Part shown: positions 25,862 through 32,000 of the stretch, in pieces | Numbering within the stretch: the first letter of the stretch is position 1 | Layout of the letters: every line of letters starts with the position of its first letter | Assembly (NCBI GenBank): GCA_048886185.1 | Contig: JBHLKY010000003.1 | Location: 180,595-212,594 of the forward strand | Length of the DNA stretch: 32,000 bases | Reading direction: 5' to 3' | From: Candidatus Hermodarchaeota archaeon | GTDB taxonomy: Archaea > Asgardarchaeota > Heimdallarchaeia > Hodarchaeales > Hodarchaeaceae | Position numbers and translations under genes: made by a program | The notes under the pieces: model-generated | Databases searched by the model: none | Told to the model about the DNA's origin: nothing | What the model saw: the letters and a program-made list of their open reading frames with translations, nothing else

Positions 25862-26065
25862 TTAATCGAAATAATACAACCTCGTTCGTCGGATTTTGAT
25901 CAAACCATAAACGAATCGGCCTTTTCCATCTCCTGCCATACCAAACACAGCCATGTGTCTATTCAGGTCTTTTCCATCAATTAGTAAAGGAATATCAGAT
26001 ATTTTTCCATTTATGATTAAATAAGGGGTAACCTCAACTTTATAGTCATTTTCAGATTCATACAT
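25862..26065 (-). pseudogene. Remnant of a HerA/VirB4/DUF87-type ATPase gene
   Basis: DLNRHMAVFGMAGDGKGRF resembles the family RH-x-x-x-x-G Walker A strand, but S/T is replaced by G. A stop follows 19 codons after the motif and a TAG sits immediately before the ATG. Confidence 0.55.
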
Positions 26066-26119
26066 CTAGTAAATTTCTATTAATTTTTAACTCTGATTCC
26101 AAGAATTAAGAGTGAATTT

Positions 26120-27070
26120 TTACTTTAAATTTGGCATAACTAACTTAGCAAATTTTGTGCTTTGCTCAAGATCCATTGGATATGGGAACATTATCTGAAA
26201 ATAATCGAATCCTTGATTTATTAGGTTTTCAAATTTTTCACAAATAAGCTCAGGTGTACCGAAAAAAACGCCAGAACCTAACCTTTTGAGATATTCCTCG
26301 GGGTCAACATTACGCATTTTGGCTCGTGTATTTAATATTGTATTCAATTCGTCCTCTGTCTCTGCAACTATGACTGAGGCAAAAAATGATTTTCCAACAT
26401 CCTTATAATCACGGGAGATATCTTTACAATGGTTTTTTAAGGCATCCAATAATTCTGGAATTTTGGTCGGATCAAAAAACCATCCAAAATTACAATAATC
26501 CCCATATTTTGCCACCATATTAAGAATTCTCTTTTTTCCTGTTCCTCCTATAAAAATAGGAGGAAGTTGCTGAATTGGTTTTGGTGCTGAAAAAGCATTA
26601 GTAATTTTATAGTGATTTCCATTAAAAGTAACCATGTCCTCTGTCCATAATTTCTTGATAATCTGAATAGATTCTTCTAATTGATCCATGCGATCTTTAA
26701 GAGAGGGAAAAGGAATACCATAAGCATTATATTCAATTTTCTTCCAACCTGCGCCGATACCAAACTCTAATCGTCCATTTGAAATCATATCTACTGTAGC
26801 AGCAATTTTTGCTAGGATTGGGGGGTACCGATAACTATTGCATGTAACAAGAGTCCCAAGACGTAACGTGCTAGTTTTTGCAGCTAGAGCAGAGATCAAG
26901 GTCCAAGCTTCCATACAATTTCTATTTTCTGATTTATCATCAAGGAAAAAATGATCACTGGACCAGAGAGAGGAATACCCTAATTTTTCTGCATTAAGCG
27001 CAATTTTCTCTACAGTGTTATAATCGAATCCTAGCTGAGGTTCAATTTGAATTCCAAAGCGAATTTTCAT
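26120..27070 (-). CDS. LLM-class F420-dependent oxidoreductase
   Basis: SLWSSDHF, EAWTLISALAAKTSTLRLGTLVTCNSYRYP, DMISNGRLEFGIGAGW, PIFIGG. Start moved to ATG 27070. Confidence 0.92.
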   Translation of the reverse strand: MKIRFGIQIEPQLGFDYNTVEKIALNAEKLGYSSLWSSDHFFLDDKSENRNCMEAWTLISALAAKTSTLRLGTLVTCNSYRYPPILAKIAATVDMISNGRLEFGIGAGWKKIEYNAYGIPFPSLKDRMDQLEESIQIIKKLWTEDMVTFNGNHYKITNAFSAPKPIQQLPPIFIGGTGKKRILNMVAKYGDYCNFGWFFDPTKIPELLDALKNHCKDISRDYKDVGKSFFASVIVAETEDELNTILNTRAKMRNVDPEEYLKRLGSGVFFGTPELICEKFENLINQGFDYFQIMFPYPMDLEQSTKFAKLVMPNLK

Positions 27071-27182
27071 GATTTTCACCTGTTTAACCAAAGGTGAATT
27101 ACTTATTTATCACCATGTTCCTCATTTTTAAATATAAATTAGCAATATATATCACAGATTATCGCCCAAAAGTGATTCTAAA

Positions 27183-27866
27183 ATGAGCTTTGTTGATCTT
27201 AGCCATGTTTTCGAGGATGGTATGCCTGGATTTAGAATAAGAAACGAAGATGGTTCGTACATTAGTTATACAGCAAGCATTCATCCCTTCTTAACCCACA
27301 AGGAAACAAAACCAAAATATCAAGGAAAAGCTTCTTTCGAGATTACAGAAATAGCCTTCCAAACCTCTATAGGTACTTACCTCGATTCACCTTTCCATCG
27401 GTTTCCTGAAAAACGAGATATCAGTCAAATATTACTTAATGAAGTTATTCTCCCAGGGATAATTGTTGATGTTCGGGGAATGAGTCCTTTTCAATCAGTT
27501 GGTTGTAATACTCTCCCCCAAAAAGTTGATTATGATGGTAAAGCTGTATTATTTAACTTCAATTGGAGTAATTATTGGGGAACAGAGGAATATTATGAAT
27601 ATCCTTTCATTTCAGAGGAAGTGATTTCTTTCTTAATTGATAATCATGTGAAACTTGTAGGAGTGGATACAATAAATATTGATGATTCTCTGAATCTATC
27701 AAGACCTGCTCATACATCATTGTTAGAAAAGGACATTTTAATAGTCGAAAACTTAACTAATCTAGAATTACTTTATGGACACAAATTTAGATTATTTGCT
27801 GTCCCTATAAAAGGGAAAGCGGTAGCAGCAATGCCTGTAAGAGCATTTGCAGAGGTTTTAGAATAA
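27183..27866 (+). CDS. Cyclase-family (kynurenine formamidase-like) hydrolase
   Basis: VDLSH, GTYLDSPFH, VGVDTINID, HTSLL, IVENLTNL, PVRAFA. Confidence 0.9.
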   Translation: MSFVDLSHVFEDGMPGFRIRNEDGSYISYTASIHPFLTHKETKPKYQGKASFEITEIAFQTSIGTYLDSPFHRFPEKRDISQILLNEVILPGIIVDVRGMSPFQSVGCNTLPQKVDYDGKAVLFNFNWSNYWGTEEYYEYPFISEEVISFLIDNHVKLVGVDTINIDDSLNLSRPAHTSLLEKDILIVENLTNLELLYGHKFRLFAVPIKGKAVAAMPVRAFAEVLE

Positions 27867-28035
27867 CCTTCTTGATATAAAATGACTCTCTTGTATATTT
27901 CCTCTGAAATTACCTCCTCCTCTCCTTAACACAGTCTTAATAATACAAAAGCAGAATTAATATTAAATCTCATTTCATAGAGGTGGGAAGGCTTAGAAAT
28001 TACAGTCTCTCATGAAGGTTGATAGAAATACTGAG

Positions 28036-28065
28036 GGATAAGACTCTATATAAGGAGTCTTATCC
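28036..28065. repeat. Perfect 11-bp inverted repeat enclosing TATATAAG
   Basis: GGATAAGACTC-TATATAAG-GAGTCTTATCC. Confidence 0.85.
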
Positions 28066-28147
28066 TAGAATTCTTCTCTTTTCGGGGATAAAGAAAAAGT
28101 TTAACAATCAAGAATAGAAATTAAAACTACTTTTAAGGGAAAATAAC

Positions 28148-28276
28148 ATGATTAAAGTAGAAAATATGGAAGATGAAAAACTATTCTTCAGCATGATTAC
28201 TCCAGATACTCCAAAACACTTTAAGAAGATACTTTACGAAGCGATCGAGGATTTTGAAGAAAAAAGAGGAATTTGA
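28148..28276 (+). CDS. Putative 42-aa small protein (not in ORF track)
   Basis: MIKVENMEDEKLFFSMITPDTPKHFKKILYEAIEDFEEKRGI, with AAGGGA upstream of the ATG. Confidence 0.35.
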   Translation: MIKVENMEDEKLFFSMITPDTPKHFKKILYEAIEDFEEKRGI

Positions 28277-28321
28277 GGATCTCTGAAAATTTAAAGGAGA
28301 TACTATCTTGGAAAATAATCA

Positions 28322-30415
28322 TTAACTATTTGCTACTGAATCTAAAAGAAAGGCGTAGTAAAATGCTGTTTCCTTGATCATATCATAACGACCTGATTTT
28401 CCCGAGTGGCCCTCCCCCATATTGGTTTTTAATAATAATAAATTAGAATCGGTTTTTAATGCTCTTAATTTAGCTGTAAATTTAGCTGGCTCCCAATACT
28501 GGACTCTTGGATCATTCAATCCCGCTGTCATGAGGATTCTTGGATAGTTTTTCTCCACAACATTATCATAAGGGGAATACGATTTCATATAGTCATAATA
28601 CTCTTTTTCATTAGGATTTCCCCATTCCTCATATTCAGTTATTGTTAAAGGAATTGAAGGATCGAACATGGTGTTAATGACATCAACAAAAGGCACTCTA
28701 GCTATAACAGTTTTGAAAAGATCTGGTCTCATGTTTATGACCGCTCCCATCAACAAACCACCAGCACTACCCCCTAATATACATAATTTATCATTTGAAG
28801 TGTATTTTTGACTGATTAAATATTCAGCACACACAATAAAGTCTGTAAACGTGTTCTTCTTGTGTAAGAGCTTCCCCTGTTCATACCATTTTCTTCCAAG
28901 CTCACTTCCACCACGGATATGAGCAATTGCGAAGGCAAATCCCCGATCCAATAAACTTATCCTATAAGATAAAAATTCTGGGTCAATACTATATCCATAG
29001 GAACCATAACCATATAATAATAGGGGATTATTTCCATCTATAGGCATTCCTTTTTTATAAACAAGCGATATATATACTGATTTTCCATCTTGAGCTTGAG
29101 CTGCTATCCGTTCTGTTAGATATTTTGAAGGATTATACCCACCAAGGATTTCATCTTGTTTGACGAGTTTTTTTTCATTAGTATCCATATTATAGTCAAA
29201 AACAGAATTGGGAGTTATCAACGATGTATAAACAAAACGTAACACATTTGATTTGAATTCTGGATAGACTAAGGAATAAGAGAACTTTTCGCATGTATAA
29301 ACAGGATCAGGGAAGTCCAGATAATGATCTTGATCTCTTTTTTGATCGATCACACGTATTTTCGTCATCCCATCCTCCCTTTCATGTAATACTAAAAAGT
29401 CCTCAAATACTTCAAAGTCTCTCAAAAAGACTGACTCACGGTGAGGGACTATTTCTTCCCAATTTGTTTTCCTTGGATTTGAAACCGAAGTTTTCATCAG
29501 TTGAAAGTTTTCAGCACCATCATTTGTCCTTATAATGAAATTTCCTTTTTGATGTTGAACATAGTATTCCATCTTGTGCTGACGAGGTTGAATTACCCTA
29601 AACTCTCCATTAGGCAGTCCAACTGGTAAGAAATGTACTTCTGATGTGAGATTACTTTGCAAAACCATGATGAAGTAATTTTGATCTGTAGTTTTTGTGA
29701 TATACAGAAAGTATGCTTCATCCTTTTCGTGATAAATTAATTTGTCATCTTTAGAATCAGAACCAATCATGTGTTTGTACAATTTATACGGTCGGTTAGC
29801 TTTGTCTAAAGTCGTGTAAAAAACAGTTTTATTATCATTAGCCCATTCTAAACCACAAGAACCTATTTCAGAGAAAAATAGACCAGCTACATTAGTTATT
29901 CTGTCTTCTAGAAGTTTTCCACTTTTTAAGTTTTTAATATAAACCGTATACTTTTCCGAACCATTTGTATCAACAGAATAAGCTAAAAACTCATGATTTG
30001 GGCTGATTTTAAATGAAGCAATCTTAAAATAGCCATAATCCTTAGCTAGCTCATTTTCATCAAGCAATAATTCTTCTTGAGAAATCTTATTCAATTTTTT
30101 ACGAAAATATTTTCTATATTGTTTTCTTTTCTCCATACGGAAATAATAGTGATAATCACCTGCCTTTTCTGGCGCTGAAACATCATCTTCCTTAATTCGA
30201 CCTTTGATTTCTTCAAAAAGAGAACTCTGGAGCTCCTCTGTGTGTTTCATCATTGCTTCTGTATACTTATTTTCAGCCTTTAAATATTCAATAACTTCTG
30301 GGTTATCTTTTTCTCGCAACCAAAAATAATGGTCGATTAGTTCCTCCCCATGGTATGAATTTTTTTGAGGGATGATTTTAGCAACAGGAGGTCTAATATT
30401 TTTTTTGGAAGACAT
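28322..30415 (-). CDS. ptrB: Oligopeptidase B (S9A serine peptidase)
   Basis: DHYFWLRE, beta-propeller region, GGSAGG nucleophile, GLNDPRVQYWEPAK, GEGHSG. Start moved to ATG 30415. Confidence 0.95.
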   Translation of the reverse strand: MSSKKNIRPPVAKIIPQKNSYHGEELIDHYFWLREKDNPEVIEYLKAENKYTEAMMKHTEELQSSLFEEIKGRIKEDDVSAPEKAGDYHYYFRMEKRKQYRKYFRKKLNKISQEELLLDENELAKDYGYFKIASFKISPNHEFLAYSVDTNGSEKYTVYIKNLKSGKLLEDRITNVAGLFFSEIGSCGLEWANDNKTVFYTTLDKANRPYKLYKHMIGSDSKDDKLIYHEKDEAYFLYITKTTDQNYFIMVLQSNLTSEVHFLPVGLPNGEFRVIQPRQHKMEYYVQHQKGNFIIRTNDGAENFQLMKTSVSNPRKTNWEEIVPHRESVFLRDFEVFEDFLVLHEREDGMTKIRVIDQKRDQDHYLDFPDPVYTCEKFSYSLVYPEFKSNVLRFVYTSLITPNSVFDYNMDTNEKKLVKQDEILGGYNPSKYLTERIAAQAQDGKSVYISLVYKKGMPIDGNNPLLLYGYGSYGYSIDPEFLSYRISLLDRGFAFAIAHIRGGSELGRKWYEQGKLLHKKNTFTDFIVCAEYLISQKYTSNDKLCILGGSAGGLLMGAVINMRPDLFKTVIARVPFVDVINTMFDPSIPLTITEYEEWGNPNEKEYYDYMKSYSPYDNVVEKNYPRILMTAGLNDPRVQYWEPAKFTAKLRALKTDSNLLLLKTNMGEGHSGKSGRYDMIKETAFYYAFLLDSVANS

Positions 30416-30745
30416 ATATACACAATCCATAGGCCTTTGGTGAGTATCTCTTCAGTTTGTGAATCACCTCAATGATTTAAATAGCTGTTGTCAATGATTT
30501 CTGATATAAATTATGAAGTATATATTTTATAAACCGAATCTCATATAGACAAGTCTAAATTAGAACTGAAATAAATTTTCGTTAGGATGATATAAATATT
30601 TTAAAAAATTTCGTAAGAATGATATATGCATGCCTATATGGATTTATTTTTTTAAGAAACATCAAATCAATAAAACCGAACTATTTAAGATGCTATAGGC
30701 ATGTCCGATAATTAACAAGTTATTCGTTGAATGAATAAATGTTTG

Positions 30746-31999
30746 TTAATTTTTTCTTCGACCCCTTAATATTGTAAATAGTGGTAAGATGATTAGTATT
30801 GAGCTTAATATAAATCCTGGCGTGTTACCTGAGATCCTTGAACTTGTTTGGCTGATTCTAGTGCTTGTACTGAGGCTTAATGTAGTGTATTGGGTAGTTT
30901 CCCCAGATTCTAACACAATATGTTGATATCCTGTGTAATCGTTACCAACCATTAAAATGAAACTGGTTTCAGTAATGGATTGGTCTAGCTCAAATTCAAT
31001 GGTCTTGCTTTGAGAACTTTCTGGGAAAATGGCTATCGTTTTTACTGGTATACCATTTCGTCTTAACACCTCATAATCTCCATTCAAGAAGTCGATCATC
31101 TCTATTGTATTCAAAGAAGGACTCAAGTTCTCAATATCAACCTCCAACGTGACAACATCGCCAACATCAAAGCCTGTAAATTTAACAGATTTGATCGTAA
31201 TTTGCAATCTGGGAGTTATTTCCAGCCAATAGTCGAAAGCTGGGAAAATATCAAACCAAAGGTTTTCAAAGTTTGTTGCTGATTCAGTAGGGGAAAAATA
31301 TTCATACATACCAGTCCATTTCCAAATTTGATGAGTTTCATTGTCTGAAATGAGGAAATAACATATGTCATTTTCTAAAGAGCTCGCATTATTGTATATC
31401 TCAAAAGTCATTGGAACTTTGCAGCCAGCTTCCTCGTACATCCAGAGAGACCAATCGCCAGCTGTAGAAGTGGCAATGTCTTTATTAATCCCTGAGTGAA
31501 TGAATCTGTTAGGGAGAATCGCCCGTAAATTGAGATATAGTTGATAATAGAGCGATGGTTCGGTGTAATAGTTATTTGAATAAACGGGAAAATAGGTTTC
31601 ATTAATACCACTATGAAGCGACATTGCTGCTGCGAATTTATGTTGGAGGGCAAAATCACGCAAAACAACGGTCTCTGGTTCACTAAAAGGAGTTGTTCCA
31701 GGATAGTCCTCTACTGTTGGATCAGAGCCCCAACCTGATGTGAAGGAAGAATCATTCCAGTAACAATCATAATTTCTGTTTAAGTCTACAAAACCTATGA
31801 CATCCTCATTCACAAGACCATCCCCATCATTATCGATACCTTCAATTACTGTTTCAATTGGATAAGCATTGAATCCCGATTCAATAAGATCCCATGTTGG
31901 AGTAGGTTTTTCATATACTTCAAAAGCATAGATCTTTCCATCCCCATCAACATCTTCAATTGGGTCTTCATCAAACTCCCCATCGCCATCATCATCAAA
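30746..31999 (-). CDS. M14-family zinc carboxypeptidase with DxDGDG repeats and a PGF-type C-terminal anchor, 5' end outside the window
   Basis: The frame is open to the window edge: FDDDGDGEFDEDPIEDVDGDGK...EGIDNDGDGLVNEDVIGFVDLNRNYD, PFSEPET, SLHSG, TFE. It ends with an S/T linker then TPGF, a transmembrane helix and RGRRKN. Confidence 0.9.
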   Translation of the reverse strand, partial: FDDDGDGEFDEDPIEDVDGDGKIYAFEVYEKPTPTWDLIESGFNAYPIETVIEGIDNDGDGLVNEDVIGFVDLNRNYDCYWNDSSFTSGWGSDPTVEDYPGTTPFSEPETVVLRDFALQHKFAAAMSLHSGINETYFPVYSNNYYTEPSLYYQLYLNLRAILPNRFIHSGINKDIATSTAGDWSLWMYEEAGCKVPMTFEIYNNASSLENDICYFLISDNETHQIWKWTGMYEYFSPTESATNFENLWFDIFPAFDYWLEITPRLQITIKSVKFTGFDVGDVVTLEVDIENLSPSLNTIEMIDFLNGDYEVLRRNGIPVKTIAIFPESSQSKTIEFELDQSITETSFILMVGNDYTGYQHIVLESGETTQYTTLSLSTSTRISQTSSRISGNTPGFILSSILIILPLFTILRGRRKN

Positions 32000-32000
32000 T

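Noticed and set aside
992-31683. Other short track ORFs lying within real genes (for example 992, 2694, 3986, 5534, 5864, 6885, 8516, 12094, 12401, 12944, 13272, 13586, 15193, 17967, 19645, 19977, 21837, 22282, 22681, 29293, 31408)
   Set aside because: They are antisense shadows of well-supported CDSs.
1-32000. CRISPR array, rRNA, transposase or integrase
   Set aside because: I saw no regularly spaced repeats, rRNA signatures or recombinase motifs.

Overview
AT-rich archaeal chromosome segment, probably from an Asgard archaeon of Heimdallarchaeia type. That assignment is inference from the archaeal ribosomal proteins, PAN, Rpo11, Pcc1, BHB tRNA introns, a PGF-type C-terminal sorting signal and scrambled ribosomal operons. 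Bases 1-21.5 kb are core information-processing genes: rpl12, rdgB, rps15, RecJ-like, pcc1, rps3ae, nurA-herA, a split spc operon (rpl32e-rpl19e-rpl18-rps5-rpl30-rpl15 and, separately, rps8-rpl6), SPOUT-like/C5-methyltransferase/rpoL/RNase III-like genes, pan and mbf1. After a tRNA pair the window becomes accessory: two large unknown proteins, an ATPase remnant, an F420 LLM oxidoreductase, a cyclase-family hydrolase, oligopeptidase B and a partial M14 peptidase. The strongest signal is in the tRNAs. Five of six carry BHB-type introns (8 introns, 5 at non-canonical positions, each 30-32 nt). tRNA-Trp(CCA) has three introns, and the middle one is a box C/D guide RNA whose two guides point by the N+5 rule to C34 and C39 of the same tRNA. 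Other notable points are a nurA frame that has no ATG/GTG/TTG upstream of its first catalytic motif, two small ORFs below the track cut-off, and an inverted rps3ae. All tRNA folds and splice sites were derived by hand and need tool confirmation.
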